Translations under genes and position numbers: made by a program
Assembly: GCF_000621645.1 (NCBI RefSeq)
Contig: NZ_KK211323.1
Span: forward strand, 94,947 to 126,946
From: Vibrio cholerae ATCC 14035
GTDB lineage: Bacteria > Pseudomonadota > Gammaproteobacteria > Enterobacterales > Vibrionaceae
DNA: 32,000 nucleotides
Direction of reading: 5' to 3'
Shown: positions 1 to 10,887 of the stretch, one piece after another
How the letters are laid out: each line of letters starts with the position of its first letter
Position numbering within the stretch: the stretch's first letter is position 1
Notes under the pieces: model-generated
Told to the model about the DNA's origin: nothing
The model's input: the letters and a program-made list of their open reading frames with translations, nothing else
Database searches by the model: none

Positions 1-939
1 GAATCAGAAGTTGAGCCGGAGCTTGAGTTGGCAAGCGTTCTCGAAGAGGAAGACTCCTTTACTGAGCTTGATGAGCTCGATTTGCCTGAGTACACTGAAA
101 AAGACGCCTTGGCGGATGCACAGTTAGAGCCTGCCGCTGAATCGGAAGTTGAGCCAGAGCTCGGTGATGAGACAGAAACGCTAGCACAAGAGACAGAAAG
201 TGATGCGCTGGTTGCCGATGAGGATTTACTGGCCAGTGTTGAAAGCGCAGTAGACGAGGTTCAGCCTGAACTTTTGGGCGCGACTCAAGATGTGCCACCG
301 ACACAATCTTTGGCTAACAAGGCATTTGATGAAGAAGCGCTGCACGATTGGCTGAGTGATAATCCCGATGGTGAAAAACCGTTTAGCTTTGATCGTCCAC
401 TTGATGCTAAAACGATTGATAGCGCGGGCATGGATATTGATGCCATGTTGCAAATGGGCGGCGAAGATTGGAATGGTTTCCACCTAACCCCAGATCAGCA
501 AGCGCAGTTGCCGGATGATGTACCTGAGGATGAGCAAGCGATTTGGGCGAGTGAAACACCGGAGCCGCAAGCGAAGCCTGAAAACTGGGGATCGCAAGAG
601 GATTTGCTGGATTTCGACCCACAGCGTGATGGCTACATGACCATCGACGAGCTCATGGCACAGGTAGAATCGGAAGAGCAAGGCTTAAATCCTGATGAAG
701 AGGAGCTTAAGCTTGATGTGGGTCTGGATGAGTTTCCTGATGTGATTGGTGATATTCGAGATATTGATGTGGATAGTGGTGCGGAAGCAGCTGGTAAGCT
801 GGATTTGGCCAAAATCTACATTGAAATGAACGATGAGAAAGGGGCGATTAAACTGCTCGAAGAGGCGATTGTTGACGGCGATGATGAGATTCGCCAACAA
901 GCTAAACGGCTGATCGATGTGCTGAATGGGCGAGTGTAG
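1..939 (+). CDS. hubP: C-terminal part of FimV/HubP-family polar organising protein (5' end lies outside the window)
   Basis: Frame 1 is open from base 1, so the TTG at 28 in the ORF track is not the real start. The sequence is extremely acidic. The ESEVEPEL motif recurs exactly 138 bp (46 codons) apart, at 1 and 139. It ends in a FimV-type C-terminal motif (GKLDLAKIYIEMNDEKGAIKLLEEAIVDGDDEIRQQAKRLI). Synteny is fimV-truA-accD-folC. Confidence 0.8.
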   Translation, partial: ESEVEPELELASVLEEEDSFTELDELDLPEYTEKDALADAQLEPAAESEVEPELGDETETLAQETESDALVADEDLLASVESAVDEVQPELLGATQDVPPTQSLANKAFDEEALHDWLSDNPDGEKPFSFDRPLDAKTIDSAGMDIDAMLQMGGEDWNGFHLTPDQQAQLPDDVPEDEQAIWASETPEPQAKPENWGSQEDLLDFDPQRDGYMTIDELMAQVESEEQGLNPDEEELKLDVGLDEFPDVIGDIRDIDVDSGAEAAGKLDLAKIYIEMNDEKGAIKLLEEAIVDGDDEIRQQAKRLIDVLNGRV

Positions 940-965
940 CTCCCTCTGATTCTTTCGACACTTTA

Positions 966-993
966 AAAGGCAGCTTAGCTGCCTTTTACTTTT
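966..993 (+). terminator. Rho-independent terminator after hubP
   Basis: AAAGGCAGC-TTA-GCTGCCTTT perfect 9-bp stem followed by a T-rich tail (TACTTTTG), 27 bp after the stop codon. Confidence 0.7.
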
Positions 994-1060
994 GTAGTGA
1001 TTAGAAATTTACTGGCAAACTGTTTATACTTCCCGACCCATTTTTATTGAGACAAACAGC

Positions 1061-1855
1061 ATGAGAATCGCGTTAGGTATTGAGTATGACGGGACTCACT
1101 ACTACGGTTGGCAGCGCCAGAGAGAAGTCAAAAGTGTCCAAGAAGCGTTAGAAAAGGCGCTGAGTAAGATTGCCAATCATCCAGTGGAAGTGCAGTGTGC
1201 TGGGCGAACTGATGCGGGGGTACATGGTACTGGGCAAGTGGTGCACTTTGATACCACCGCCGAACGGCAGATGGTCGCTTGGACCATGGGCGCCAACGCG
1301 AATTTGCCGAAGGATATTGCAGTACGCTGGGCGATGGCGGTTCCTGATGAATTTCATGCACGATTCAGTGCCACTGCACGCCGTTATCGTTATGTCATTT
1401 ACAACCATGTTTATCGCCCGGGGATTTTGAATTCTGGTGTCAGCCATTACCACGGCGAGCTGGATGTTGAAAAAATGCAGCAAGCAGGGCAGTACTTGCT
1501 GGGGGAAAATGATTTCACCTCATTTCGTGCGGTGCATTGTCAGTCCCGTAGTCCTTGGCGTAACGTCATGCATCTGAATGTGACGCGTCACGGTCGTTAT
1601 GTGGTGATTGATATTAAAGCCAATGCGTTCGTGCATCATATGGTACGCAATATCACGGGTAGCTTGATAGCCGTCGGGCGTGGTGAGCAGAAGCCAGAGT
1701 GGATTCAATGGTTATTGGCACAAAAAGATCGCACCTTAGCGGCGGCGACGGCCAAAGCGGAGGGGCTCTACTTGGTTTCTGTTGATTACCCTGCGCATTT
1801 TGGGTTGCCCGAAATGCCAATTGGGCCACTTTTCTTGCCTGATAATTTGAACTAA
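1061..1855 (+). CDS. truA: tRNA pseudouridine(38-40) synthase TruA
   Basis: 264 aa. The N-terminus [20 protein letters not shown] and the catalytic GRTDAGVHG motif are typical of TruA. Position is conserved upstream of accD. Confidence 0.95.
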
Positions 1856-2028
1856 CAGCTAGTAATTGACTCAAAAATAAACAATATTGTGCTTTGGCTA
1901 AAGCGCAGAAATAGGTACAACCAGTTTTTTGTCTACAGTTGGCATTTTCTGTGTTTTAATCCACACGCATTTTTTGTCGAATTTATCTCTCCTGCCGATG
2001 GCGGGAGATTGAGAGTAAAAGGTCTTCC

Positions 2029-2955
2029 ATGAGTTGGCTCGAAAAGATTTTAGAGAAAAGCAACATCGTCAGTTCACGCAAAGCCTCTATCCCAGAAGGC
2101 GTTTGGACTAAATGTACATCGTGTGAACAAGTGCTTTATTACGCGGAGTTGGAGCGTAACCTAGAAGTTTGTCCTAAGTGTGATCATCACATGCGCATGA
2201 AAGCACGCCGCCGTTTGGAAACGTTTCTGGATCAAGGTGAGCGTGTTGAGCTGGGTGAAGAGCTCGAGCCACAAGACAAACTGAAATTTAAAGATTCTAA
2301 ACGCTACAAAGAGCGTCTTGCTGCGGCGCAAAAAGCCAGTGGTGAGAAGGATGCTCTGGTCGTCATGAAAGGTGCTGTGCTTGGTGTTCCTGTCGTAGCG
2401 TGTGCCTTTGAGTTCTCGTTTATGGGCGGCTCAATGGGTTCTGTGGTTGGCGCTCGTTTTGTGCGTGCGGTTGAAGCGGCCATGGAACACAACTGCGGAT
2501 TAATCTGTTTCTCTGCCAGCGGCGGTGCGCGTATGCAAGAGGCATTAATGTCTCTGATGCAAATGGCCAAAACCAGTGCCGCGCTAGAGCGTTTATCGGA
2601 TAAAGGCTTGCCTTTCATTTCCGTGATGACCGACCCAACCATGGGCGGGGTGTCAGCGAGTTTGGCGATGCTGGGCGATATTAATATCGGTGAGCCCAAA
2701 GCATTGATCGGTTTTGCTGGTCGTCGCGTTATTGAGCAAACCGTACGTGAAGAGCTTCCAGAAGGTTTCCAACGCAGTGAGTTCCTGCTAGAGCATGGTG
2801 CGATTGATATGATCGTTGATCGCCGAGACATGCGTCAGCGTGTCGCTAGCTTACTGGCGAAAATGACTGGCCAAGCGTCTCCTCTCGTAGTTTCTGTGAA
2901 CGACGCGCCAAATGAAGCGCCTTATGCGGTACCAGAAGCCAATAAAAAAGGGTAA
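2029..2955 (+). CDS. accD: Acetyl-CoA carboxylase carboxyltransferase beta subunit AccD
   Basis: 308 aa. N-terminal Zn-ribbon CTSC...CPKC, then a carboxyltransferase domain ([15 protein letters not shown]). GGT-rich RBS region (AAAAGGT) upstream. Confidence 0.95.
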   Translation: MSWLEKILEKSNIVSSRKASIPEGVWTKCTSCEQVLYYAELERNLEVCPKCDHHMRMKARRRLETFLDQGERVELGEELEPQDKLKFKDSKRYKERLAAAQKASGEKDALVVMKGAVLGVPVVACAFEFSFMGGSMGSVVGARFVRAVEAAMEHNCGLICFSASGGARMQEALMSLMQMAKTSAALERLSDKGLPFISVMTDPTMGGVSASLAMLGDINIGEPKALIGFAGRRVIEQTVREELPEGFQRSEFLLEHGAIDMIVDRRDMRQRVASLLAKMTGQASPLVVSVNDAPNEAPYAVPEANKKG

Positions 2956-2999
2956 AGTAAGCGCTAACTAAACCAACGGATTCTATGGTTGTACGTTAG

Positions 3000-4265
3000 A
3001 TGACTCAAAAGCCTGTTCCTCAAGCCACATCTCCACTCGCGGTGTGGCTTGATTATTTAGCCCACATACACACTTCCGCCATTGATCTCGGCCTAGAACG
3101 TGTTCAAGCCGTCGCTCAAAAAGCCAAACTCACCAAACCAGCGCCCACCGTTATCACGGTGGCGGGCACCAATGGTAAAGGTTCCACCTGTGCATTAATG
3201 GAAGCGATTCTATTGCAAGCGGGTTATTCCGTTGGCGTGTACAGTTCTCCGCACTTGATTCGCTATAACGAGCGTGTACGCATCAATGCCCAAGATCTTG
3301 CCGATGAGATGCACACCCAAGCGTTTGCGCATATTGAGCAAGAGCGCGGTGACATAAGCTTAAGCCTATTTGAATTCGGTACACTCGCCGCTCTTTATCT
3401 TTTTGAGCAGCAGAAAGTCGATGTGTTGCTGCTTGAAGTGGGGTTGGGGGGCCGTTTAGATGCGACCAACGTTGTCGATCACGATGTCAGTGTCATCACC
3501 AGCTTAGCGCTGGATCATACCGATTGGCTTGGCAATGACATCGCTGTGATTGGTTATGAGAAAGCGGGCATCTTCCGTTCAGGAAAGCCTGCGATTTGTG
3601 GGCAGCCTAAGCCACCCGCAACCGTTGCTGCGCATGCCGATGATATCGGCGCTAAACTGCATCAGGTGGAAATCCAATTTAGTTATGAGAAAACCTCAGC
3701 AACGACTTGGAATTGGCGTAGTGGCCGCTTTGAATTGACCGATCTTCCTATCCCATCTCTGCCGTTACCGAATGCGGCAACGGCTTTAATGGCGCTGGGT
3801 TGCTCTGGGCTTGCCATCAGCGATATTAATATCGTGGATGGGCTACGGAATGCCCAATTAGCGGGACGAATGCAGGTGATTAGCCATCAACCTACGATAG
3901 TGCTTGATGTCGCACATAACCCGCACTCAGCCCATTATCTGGTTCAGCAACTGACACAACGCTACCCAGAGCGCACCATTCATCTGGTGTTTGGGATGTT
4001 GCATGACAAAGATATTGCTTCAACGGTGGCCGAGTTAATTCCGGCGGTTACTCATTGGTATCCCGCTTCGTTGTCTGGCCCTCGTGCGGCTACAGCGGCG
4101 CAGCTCTGTCAGTATTTACCTGCGGATATTACTCAATATGCCAATCCTGTGTCGGCATTTGAAGCCGCGTTGACACAGGCTGGGGCACAAGATGTCATTG
4201 TAGTTGCGGGCTCTTTCCATACGGTAGGTGAAGTGCTTGAACATTGGCAAAAGAGAGGGGAATAA
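3000..4265 (+). CDS. folC: Bifunctional folylpolyglutamate synthase / dihydrofolate synthase FolC
   Basis: 421 aa. Mur-ligase P-loop VAGTNGKGST. Conserved accD-folC-dedD order. Confidence 0.93.
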   Translation: MTQKPVPQATSPLAVWLDYLAHIHTSAIDLGLERVQAVAQKAKLTKPAPTVITVAGTNGKGSTCALMEAILLQAGYSVGVYSSPHLIRYNERVRINAQDLADEMHTQAFAHIEQERGDISLSLFEFGTLAALYLFEQQKVDVLLLEVGLGGRLDATNVVDHDVSVITSLALDHTDWLGNDIAVIGYEKAGIFRSGKPAICGQPKPPATVAAHADDIGAKLHQVEIQFSYEKTSATTWNWRSGRFELTDLPIPSLPLPNAATALMALGCSGLAISDINIVDGLRNAQLAGRMQVISHQPTIVLDVAHNPHSAHYLVQQLTQRYPERTIHLVFGMLHDKDIASTVAELIPAVTHWYPASLSGPRAATAAQLCQYLPADITQYANPVSAFEAALTQAGAQDVIVVAGSFHTVGEVLEHWQKRGE

Positions 4266-4862
4266 ATGGCCAGTAAATTTCAAAGCCGTTTAGTTGGCAC
4301 CATAGTGTTGGTCGCCATCGGCGTGATTGTGCTGCCCGATGTGCTTGATGGTAAGAAAACGCATTTTAAAGAAGAGATTGCCAGCGTCCCAATTAAACCG
4401 CAGCCGGAAGGCGAGGTAGAAAAGTTTGAAGTGCTGGATCCGGTGCAAGATGATATTGCCTTACCTGAAGCGCCGGTTTCCGTCACTCAGACGGGGCAGG
4501 ATAATCAAGCCAGTGTTGCACCAGTAACGCCGACGGTGGTGAAAAACAGTGCGCCAGTCAAAGTGGCAGCAGAGCAGCCTGTGCCCGTGACGGTCACTGA
4601 GGTTCCAGAAACGAATGAATACCAAGATTCCGCGTGGATCATTCAGTTAGTGGCACTGAAAAATGCCGATAATGCACGCAATCTCGTGGCTGACTTACAA
4701 AAGCGTGGTTACCAAGCGCATGTCAAACAAGAGAATGATTTCACCCGAGTGATTATTGGTCCTGATGTTTCAAAATCTAAGTTAGAAACCCAACTCGTGG
4801 AATTGGAAAAAATTACCGGTGCTAAAGGTCAATTGCTCAAATTTAAACCACTAAACCCATAA
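4266..4862 (+). CDS. dedD: SPOR-domain cell-division protein DedD
   Basis: 198 aa. N-terminal TM helix (LVGTIVLVAIGVIVLP), a Pro/Val/Gln-rich linker and a C-terminal SPOR-like domain (WIIQLVALKNADNARNLVADLQKRGY). The start abuts the folC stop (TAAATG). Confidence 0.85.
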   Translation: MASKFQSRLVGTIVLVAIGVIVLPDVLDGKKTHFKEEIASVPIKPQPEGEVEKFEVLDPVQDDIALPEAPVSVTQTGQDNQASVAPVTPTVVKNSAPVKVAAEQPVPVTVTEVPETNEYQDSAWIIQLVALKNADNARNLVADLQKRGYQAHVKQENDFTRVIIGPDVSKSKLETQLVELEKITGAKGQLLKFKPLNP

Positions 4863-4876
4863 GAAAACGTTTGCGT
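4861..4876. promoter_or_regulatory. PurR operator (PUR box) in front of the cvpA-purF operon
   Basis: AAGAAAACGTTTGCGT versus the palindromic consensus ACGCAAACGTTTGCGT. The right half is perfect and the left half matches 6/8. A TAAAAT -10-like hexamer lies at 4892-4897. Confidence 0.75.
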
Positions 4877-4924
4877 CGCGTTTTTTTCTGTTAAAATGCG
4901 CGCCAACTTAAGATGTAAGAACTC

Positions 4925-5416
4925 ATGAACTGGTTAGATATTGTCATTTTAAGTGTGATCGGCTTGTCTGCGCTGATCAGTCTTGTTCGCGGCTTTGCCA
5001 AAGAAGCCTTGTCTTTAGTGATTTGGTTTGGGGCGTTTTATATCGCTTCGGAGTACTACGCCAAACTGGCGGTGTATTTCACCAACATTAAAGATGACAT
5101 GTTTCGCAATGGAGCGGCGATTGCGGCTCTGTTTGTGGCGACATTGATCGTCGGTGCTATCGTTAACTACGTGATTGCCCAACTGGTCGAAAAAACAGGA
5201 CTCTCAGGAACCGACAGAATTCTCGGTGTGGTGTTTGGTGCACTACGTGGAGTGTTGATTGTCGCAGCAGGTCTGTTCTTCATGGATGCGTTTACCGCAT
5301 TTCCAAATACAGAGTGGTGGAAAAGCTCGCAGCTAGTGCCTGAATTCAGTCGCGTTATTGCTCCGTTCTTTGAACACCTAAAAGCAACATCAAGTTTTCT
5401 CTCTGGCGCGATTTAG
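4925..5416 (+). CDS. cvpA: Colicin V production membrane protein CvpA
   Basis: 163 aa with four hydrophobic segments and a CvpA-like N-terminus ([24 protein letters not shown]). Immediately upstream of purF, as in E. coli. Confidence 0.9.
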   Translation: MNWLDIVILSVIGLSALISLVRGFAKEALSLVIWFGAFYIASEYYAKLAVYFTNIKDDMFRNGAAIAALFVATLIVGAIVNYVIAQLVEKTGLSGTDRILGVVFGALRGVLIVAAGLFFMDAFTAFPNTEWWKSSQLVPEFSRVIAPFFEHLKATSSFLSGAI

Positions 5417-5448
5417 CGCCGGAGACGGTTGAAATCGAGGATTAGGAC

Positions 5449-6963
5449 ATGTGTGGTATTGTTGGAATCGTGGGTACAACGCCTGTAAACCAGTCAATTT
5501 ATGACGCTTTGACGGTCTTGCAGCATCGTGGCCAAGATGCCGCGGGTATTTGTACCATAGAAAGCAATCGTTTTCGTCTGCGTAAGGCAAACGGATTAGT
5601 CAGGGATGTCTTTGAAGCGAAACACATGCAACGCCTGCAAGGCAACGTCGGGATCGGCCATGTGCGTTACCCCACCGCAGGTAGCTCTAGCGCCTCAGAA
5701 GCTCAACCTTTCTATGTCAACTCTCCTTTCGGTATCACACTTGCTCACAACGGTAATCTGACCAACGCGAACCAAGTGCGTCAAAAGCTGTTTGAAAAAG
5801 ACCGTCGTCATGTGAATACCACTTCGGATTCAGAGGTGTTGCTCAATGTCCTGGCTCATGAAATTGATACCGTAAAGGGCAATGTCACCGCCGAAGATGT
5901 GTTCCGTGCAATCAGCAATGTTCACCGTACCATTCGTGGTGCTTATGCGGTGGCGGCGATGATCATTGGTCACGGTATGATTGCGTTTCGTGACCCACAC
6001 GGTATTCGCCCATTGTGTCTCGGTAAGCGTGAAGTTAATGGTCAGCTCGAATATATGGTCGCCTCCGAATCGGTCGCACTGGATGCGGTTGGGTTCGACT
6101 TCGTGCGAGATGTCGCGCCCGGTGAAGCGATTTATGCCACTTTCGACGGTGAGCTCTACACCAAACAGTGTGCCGATAATCCAGCACTCAACCCATGCAT
6201 CTTTGAATTTGTCTACTTTGCGCGCCCAGATTCGTTTATCGACAAGATTTCCGTTTACAGCGCTCGTGTAGAGATGGGTAAGCGTTTAGGTGAGCGCATC
6301 AAAAACGATTACAGCGATCTCGATATCGATGTAGTCATCCCGATTCCTGAAACCTCTTGTGATATCGCCCTACAAATTGCACAGGCGATTGATAAACCAT
6401 ATCGCCAAGGCTTTGTTAAAAACCGCTATGTTGGTCGAACCTTTATCATGCCGGGTCAGCAGCAACGTAAGAAATCGGTACGCCGCAAACTCAATGCGAT
6501 TCGCTCAGAGTTTAAAGATAAAAACGTACTACTGGTGGATGATTCTATCGTGCGTGGCACTACCTCAGAGCAGATCATTGAGATGGCTCGTGATTCTGGG
6601 GCGAAGAAAGTCTACATCGTCTCTGCTGCCCCTGAGATTCGCTTCCCGAACGTGTATGGTATTGATATGCCAAGTGCCAATGAGCTGATTGCTCATGGTC
6701 GTGATAACGATGCTATCTGTAAGCAGATTGGTGCTGATGCCTTGATATTCCAAACTTTAGAGGATTTGGTGGAAGCGGTTCGCTGTGGCAACCCTGATAT
6801 CGTCAAGTTTGAAGCTTCGGTCTTTAATGGCGAATACGTGACGGGTGACATCGATCAGCAGTACTTAGATTTTCTCGAGTCAATGCGCAGTGATGACGCG
6901 AAAGTGCAGCGTGAAATTCAACAAGATCTGGCTAACCTTGAGCTGCATAACGAAGGTGCTTAA
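5449..6963 (+). CDS. purF: Amidophosphoribosyltransferase PurF
   Basis: 504 aa. N-terminal MCGIVGI (Ntn catalytic Cys). PRPP-binding loop [13 protein letters not shown]. Confidence 0.97.
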   Translation: MCGIVGIVGTTPVNQSIYDALTVLQHRGQDAAGICTIESNRFRLRKANGLVRDVFEAKHMQRLQGNVGIGHVRYPTAGSSSASEAQPFYVNSPFGITLAHNGNLTNANQVRQKLFEKDRRHVNTTSDSEVLLNVLAHEIDTVKGNVTAEDVFRAISNVHRTIRGAYAVAAMIIGHGMIAFRDPHGIRPLCLGKREVNGQLEYMVASESVALDAVGFDFVRDVAPGEAIYATFDGELYTKQCADNPALNPCIFEFVYFARPDSFIDKISVYSARVEMGKRLGERIKNDYSDLDIDVVIPIPETSCDIALQIAQAIDKPYRQGFVKNRYVGRTFIMPGQQQRKKSVRRKLNAIRSEFKDKNVLLVDDSIVRGTTSEQIIEMARDSGAKKVYIVSAAPEIRFPNVYGIDMPSANELIAHGRDNDAICKQIGADALIFQTLEDLVEAVRCGNPDIVKFEASVFNGEYVTGDIDQQYLDFLESMRSDDAKVQREIQQDLANLELHNEGA

Positions 6964-6989
6964 GCAAATAACGGGTTCGGATCATCATC

Positions 6990-7017
6990 AAAAAGGCTTC
7001 CTGCGGGAAGCCTTTTT
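6990..7017. terminator. Bidirectional Rho-independent terminator between the convergent purF and transporter genes
   Basis: AAAAA-GGCTTCC-TGCG-GGAAGCC-TTTTT. A perfect stem flanked by an A-tract and a T-tract. Confidence 0.85.
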
Positions 7018-7089
7018 CGTTATCCCCCTCACGACCGCTACGCTTGGGTGAGGGGATGAGGTGATGGTTGGACTCTTGGTTAGCGGAGG

Positions 7090-8415
7090 TTACAGCACCA
7101 TGGCGGCAATCCAACCGAATACGATGAGTGGCAGATTGTAGTGAATAAAGGTTGGCACAACGGTTTCCCAAATATGCTCGTGCTGACCATCCGCATTGAG
7201 GCCGGATGTTGGGCCTAAGGTTGAATCGGACGCAGGAGATCCTGCATCTCCTAACGCAGCGGCGGTACCGACCAGAGCAACGGTGGCCATTGGGGAAAAA
7301 CCAAACGAAAGACACAGCGGCACATAGATGGTTGCGATGATCGGAATGGTCGAGAATGACGAGCCGATGCCCATAGTCACCAACAAGCCTACGACTAACA
7401 TCAGCAGAGCTGCTAGAGCTTTATTGTCACCAATGCTGGTGGAAAGCGAAGTGACCAGTGTTTCAACGCCGCCAGTGGCTTTCATCACTGCGGCAAAACC
7501 GGCCGCAGAAATCATGATAAAGCCAATCATCGCCATCATATGCACGCCTCTTGTGAACACATCATGCGTCTCTTTCCACGCAATCACGCCCCCAAAAGTG
7601 AATACCATAAAGCCTGCTAGTGCGCCAATGATCATAGACCCCGTCAACAATTGCACCGCTAATGCAGCCACAATGCCGACACCCGCAATCGCGATATGCT
7701 GTTTATTGATCGACGAGCTTTCTTGTTGCACTACGGTCAATTCCGTTTCTTGATACTCACGAGGTTTGCGATAGCTAAAAAGTACCGCCAGCAACAGACC
7801 AAAAATCATCCCAGCTGCGGGCAAAATCATCGCCGTGGGAACTTGGCTTGCGGTGATGCTTTCCAAACCATTTTCATGCAGGTTTTTTAGCAAAATGTTG
7901 TTGAGGAAAATGCCGCCAAAACCGACGGGAAGCACCATGTAGGGGGTGATCAAGCCAAAAGTGAGGACGCAGGCGACTAAGCGACGGTCGAGTTTCAGCT
8001 TAGCAAAGACACTCAGGAGCGGCGGGATCAAAATGGGGATAAACGCAATGTGGACGGGGATGACGTTTTGTGAGGCCATCGCCATCAGCAGCAAAGAGAT
8101 GAGTACGAGGTATTTTAACCCGGTTGATGCTGCGTGGCTTTCTTGGCCGTGAATGCGACGAATCACGCTTTGCGCCAGTAAATCGGTGATCCCCGATTTC
8201 GAAATGGCCACCGCAAAGGTGCCAAGCATGGCGTAACTCAGGGCGATCGTGGCGCCACCACCCAAACCGCTTTCAAATGCGGCAACGGTTTCATTCAAAC
8301 TCATACCAGCGACTAAACCACCGATCACGGCACTGAACGTCAAAGCAACCACGACGTTCACCCGCATCAGGGCTAGCAGCAGCATGACACAAACGGAAAT
8401 GACTACTGGATTCAT
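7090..8415 (-). CDS. Polytopic membrane transporter, NhaC/YuiF-like Na+/H+ antiporter family
   Basis: 441 aa, hydrophobic throughout with more than 10 predicted TM segments. My recognition of the family is by overall resemblance only, and the substrate is unknown. Confidence 0.65.
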   Translation of the reverse strand: MNPVVISVCVMLLLALMRVNVVVALTFSAVIGGLVAGMSLNETVAAFESGLGGGATIALSYAMLGTFAVAISKSGITDLLAQSVIRRIHGQESHAASTGLKYLVLISLLLMAMASQNVIPVHIAFIPILIPPLLSVFAKLKLDRRLVACVLTFGLITPYMVLPVGFGGIFLNNILLKNLHENGLESITASQVPTAMILPAAGMIFGLLLAVLFSYRKPREYQETELTVVQQESSSINKQHIAIAGVGIVAALAVQLLTGSMIIGALAGFMVFTFGGVIAWKETHDVFTRGVHMMAMIGFIMISAAGFAAVMKATGGVETLVTSLSTSIGDNKALAALLMLVVGLLVTMGIGSSFSTIPIIATIYVPLCLSFGFSPMATVALVGTAAALGDAGSPASDSTLGPTSGLNADGQHEHIWETVVPTFIHYNLPLIVFGWIAAMVL

Positions 8416-8515
8416 ATTTTTTCTCGGGATGTTGTGTATCCCCAGCCCACTTGAAGAAGCAAGAAGGGTAGGGATGGGCCTGATTGGTTAAAGCGGTTCA
8501 TGGGTAGAACGAGCT

Positions 8516-9190
8516 TCAATCTAAATCGGCATCGTTGTTATTGTCCTCATCATCATTGACCAATGGCCAGCCACCTAAAGCTTTCCACTGGTTGACAATG
8601 GTGCAGAACAGCTCTGCAGTTTTTTGGGTATCGTACAAGGCGGAATGTGCCTCGCGATTGTCAAATTCCATCCCAGCAGTTTTACAGGCTTTAGCCAGCA
8701 CGGTCTGCCCGAAAGCAAGACCACTTAGCGTTGCCGTGTCAAACGTGGCAAAGGGATGGAAAGGAACACGTTTTAATTTACAACGTTCGCTCGCGGCCAT
8801 CACGAAACTGTGATCGAAATGCGCGTTATGCGCCACAATAATGGCGCGGCTGCAATCTGCGGCTTTTTGCTCTTTGCGAACCAGTTTGTAAATCTCTTTT
8901 AATGCATGATCTTCACTCACCGCCCCCCGTAGTGGGCTAAACGGATCGTAAATGCCGGTAAATTCTAGTGCGGCTTTTTCGAGATTCGCGCCTTCAAAGG
9001 GTTCGACATGAAAATGGATAGTACTTGCTGGGTGTAAATCGCCGTTTTCATCCATACTCAAGGTGACAGCACAAATTTCTAAAAGCGCATCGGTTTGCGC
9101 ATTGAATCCTGCGGTCTCTACATCGATAACCACAGGAAAATAGCCACGAAAGCGTTTTTTCAAGGTTAGCGCGTCATTTTTATCAGTCAT
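8516..9190 (-). CDS. rnt: Ribonuclease T (DEDDh exonuclease)
   Basis: Start corrected to the ATG at 9190 ([30 protein letters not shown]), which aligns with the E. coli RNase T N-terminus. The 19 extra codons in the ORF track have no support. Exo motifs DVETAG, AHNAHFD and HSALYD are present. Confidence 0.93.
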   Translation of the reverse strand: MTDKNDALTLKKRFRGYFPVVIDVETAGFNAQTDALLEICAVTLSMDENGDLHPASTIHFHVEPFEGANLEKAALEFTGIYDPFSPLRGAVSEDHALKEIYKLVRKEQKAADCSRAIIVAHNAHFDHSFVMAASERCKLKRVPFHPFATFDTATLSGLAFGQTVLAKACKTAGMEFDNREAHSALYDTQKTAELFCTIVNQWKALGGWPLVNDDEDNNNDADLD

Positions 9191-9348
9191 GCGGGTTCTA
9201 AATTGTGTGATAAGGCTGGCATTATTGCAGATTCTGCGGTGGAGCAAAACCTAGCTTATCTAAATCGCGGCAATTAATTGTTCAATAAAGAGAAGCGATA
9301 AGGTTGAAAGGAATGCATTCACGGCTGTTTTGCGGTAACCAAGTTGTT

Positions 9349-9364
9349 TGGGAACCGTCATGCC
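9349..9364 (+). promoter_or_regulatory. Candidate sigma-54 (-24/-12) promoter for motY
   Basis: TGGGAACCGTCATGCC. GG and GC have exactly the spacing of TGGCAC-N5-TTGC. It is oriented toward motY, about 100 bp upstream of its ATG. Confidence 0.45.
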
Positions 9365-9463
9365 TGTATCGTGCTGGCTAGATTTTTGCATCATCTCCAC
9401 CAAGTCTCGCAGGCGGCAAATTATCGCCTGAGCATGCAGTATCAGTAGTGAGAAAAAGTATTT

Positions 9464-10348
9464 ATGAATAAATGGGTTATCACAAGTTTGTTTGCCATAA
9501 GCATGTTATCAGCGTCTGTCGCTTCGGCGTTGGAAGTGCGTTATGTGGCAACACCACAACAGTCTACGTGGCAAATGGCAACCAATACTCCGTTGGAATG
9601 CCGCCTTGTGCACCCGATCCCCAACTATGGTGACGCCGAGTTTTCGTCTCGCGCTGGCAAGAAAATCAATCTCGACTTTGAATTAAAAATGCGTCGCCCA
9701 ATGGGGGATACCCGTAATGTCAGCCTAGTCTCTATGCCTCCGGTTTGGCGGCCGGGGGAAGGCGCAGATCGCATCACGAATCTGCAGTTTTTCAAACAGT
9801 TTGATGGTTATATTGGTGGACAGACCGCGTGGTCGTTACTCAGTGAACTGGAAAAGGGGCGCTACCCGACCTTCAGTTATCAAGATTGGCAAAGCCGCGA
9901 TCAACGTATTGAGGTTGCGCTCTCTTCAGTGCTGTTTCAGCAACCCTACAATGAGTTTAGTGACTGTATTTCTAAGCTATTGCCTTACAGCTTTGAAGAC
10001 ATCTCGTTTACGATTTTACACTACGACCAAGGCACCAGTGTTGAGTTGAATAAAGCGTCACAAAAGCGTTTGGCACAGATCGCTGAATATGTACGCTATA
10101 ACCAAGATATTGATTTAGTGCTGGTTTCCACCTATACCGATTCCACGGACACCAATAACAATAGCCAAAATTTGTCGGAACAACGGGCTGAGGTACTGCG
10201 TGAATACTTTAAATCGATCGGGTTGCCGGAAGATCGTATTCAAGTGCAGGGCTATGGCAAACGTCGGCCGATCGCCGATAATGCTTCGCCGATTGGTAAA
10301 GACAAAAACCGCCGCGTGGTGATTTCACTAGGCCGAACTCAGGTGTGA
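9464..10348 (+). CDS. motY: Sodium-type polar flagellar motor T-ring protein MotY (OmpA-like C-terminal domain)
   Basis: 294 aa. Signal peptide [23 protein letters not shown]-terminal OmpA/peptidoglycan-binding motif ([14 protein letters not shown]...[25 protein letters not shown]). Length and layout match Vibrio MotY. Confidence 0.88.
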   Translation: MNKWVITSLFAISMLSASVASALEVRYVATPQQSTWQMATNTPLECRLVHPIPNYGDAEFSSRAGKKINLDFELKMRRPMGDTRNVSLVSMPPVWRPGEGADRITNLQFFKQFDGYIGGQTAWSLLSELEKGRYPTFSYQDWQSRDQRIEVALSSVLFQQPYNEFSDCISKLLPYSFEDISFTILHYDQGTSVELNKASQKRLAQIAEYVRYNQDIDLVLVSTYTDSTDTNNNSQNLSEQRAEVLREYFKSIGLPEDRIQVQGYGKRRPIADNASPIGKDKNRRVVISLGRTQV

Positions 10349-10364
10349 TAGCGAGTCACACCTG
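10340..10364. terminator. Hairpin between convergent motY and the hypothetical gene (possible terminator, no U-tract)
   Basis: CAGGTGTGA-TAGCGAG-TCACACCTG, a perfect 9-bp stem. The 5' arm includes the motY stop codon. No T-run on either side. Confidence 0.4.
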
Positions 10365-10396
10365 AATTGGGAGAGCGCATTGGTTGGGTGATACCG

Positions 10397-10834
10397 TTAA
10401 TTGAGGCGAAATTGAGCAATAATCTCGCATTTCGAGGCGGTATCTATATGTTGCACCATGCGTGCGATCTCTGGATTAGGGTGGCGCTTCATAAAATCGA
10501 GCAGCGCTTTACGGCAGCAGCCTAGAGAGTCAACAAAAGCTTCACAACCCGGTTTATGGCACTGAGGGATGAGCGTGAGGACGCGCTCTGAGGCCAGTTG
10601 TAGGTATTTAAGCTCGTATTGGTTATCGCCTATGGTGCGCCAAAACTTGGCCATGTTGTGGCAAGAGATAACCGAGATCATCATGCGATCTTCCATGTCA
10701 ATCTCTTCACTTTCATCCAACTGTTGGCTGACGGTGAGCGCTTGTTGATAGTGAAGAATGCTGCGCAGGTGGTCTGACTCCTGCATAGCGATATCGGCTA
10801 ATAGGGTATGCCTTTCCCACTCTTTTATATTCAT
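10397..10834 (-). CDS. Uncharacterised small cytoplasmic protein with a C-terminal Cys cluster
   Basis: 145 aa from the ATG at 10834, with AAGGAG 8 nt upstream. The ORF track begins one codon earlier at a GTG. No signal peptide or TM segment. The motif CHKPGCEAFVDSLGCC is present. I do not recognise a characterised family. Confidence 0.7.
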   Translation of the reverse strand: MNIKEWERHTLLADIAMQESDHLRSILHYQQALTVSQQLDESEEIDMEDRMMISVISCHNMAKFWRTIGDNQYELKYLQLASERVLTLIPQCHKPGCEAFVDSLGCCRKALLDFMKRHPNPEIARMVQHIDTASKCEIIAQFRLN

Positions 10835-10872
10835 CACACCTTCTCCTTAATTATCTGTTGCCTCAGATTAAT

Positions 10873-10887
10873 TGATAATTATTATCA
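10873..10887. promoter_or_regulatory. Fur box in the promoter of the hypothetical gene
   Basis: TGATAAT-T-ATTATCA is a perfect match to the 7-1-7 Fur motif TGATAATnATTATCA. On the minus strand it fills the spacer between TTTACA (-35-like) and TAATCT (-10-like), 39-53 bp upstream of the ATG. Confidence 0.7.

Noticed and set aside
1895-1915. Hairpin GTGCTTT-GGCT-AAAGCGC after truA, considered as a terminator
   Set aside because: It has a 7-bp stem with one G-U pair and no downstream T-tract, which is not enough to call a terminator.
2304-2831. 175-aa minus-strand ORF
   Set aside because: It is antisense to accD and has a Ser/Arg/Pro-rich shadow-frame composition.
4863-4888. Weak hairpin plus T-run after dedD, considered as a terminator
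   Set aside because: The stem is only about 5 bp with a large loop. The sequence is better explained as a PurR operator followed by the cvpA promoter.
7328-7753. 141-aa plus-strand ORF
   Set aside because: It is antisense to the membrane transporter gene and has no RBS.
9313-9381. 22-codon ORF (MHSRLFCGNQVVWEPSCLYRAG) in the rnt-motY spacer
   Set aside because: The AAGGA directly abuts the ATG, leaving no spacing for a functional RBS. It also overlaps the candidate motY promoter, and I have no conservation evidence available.
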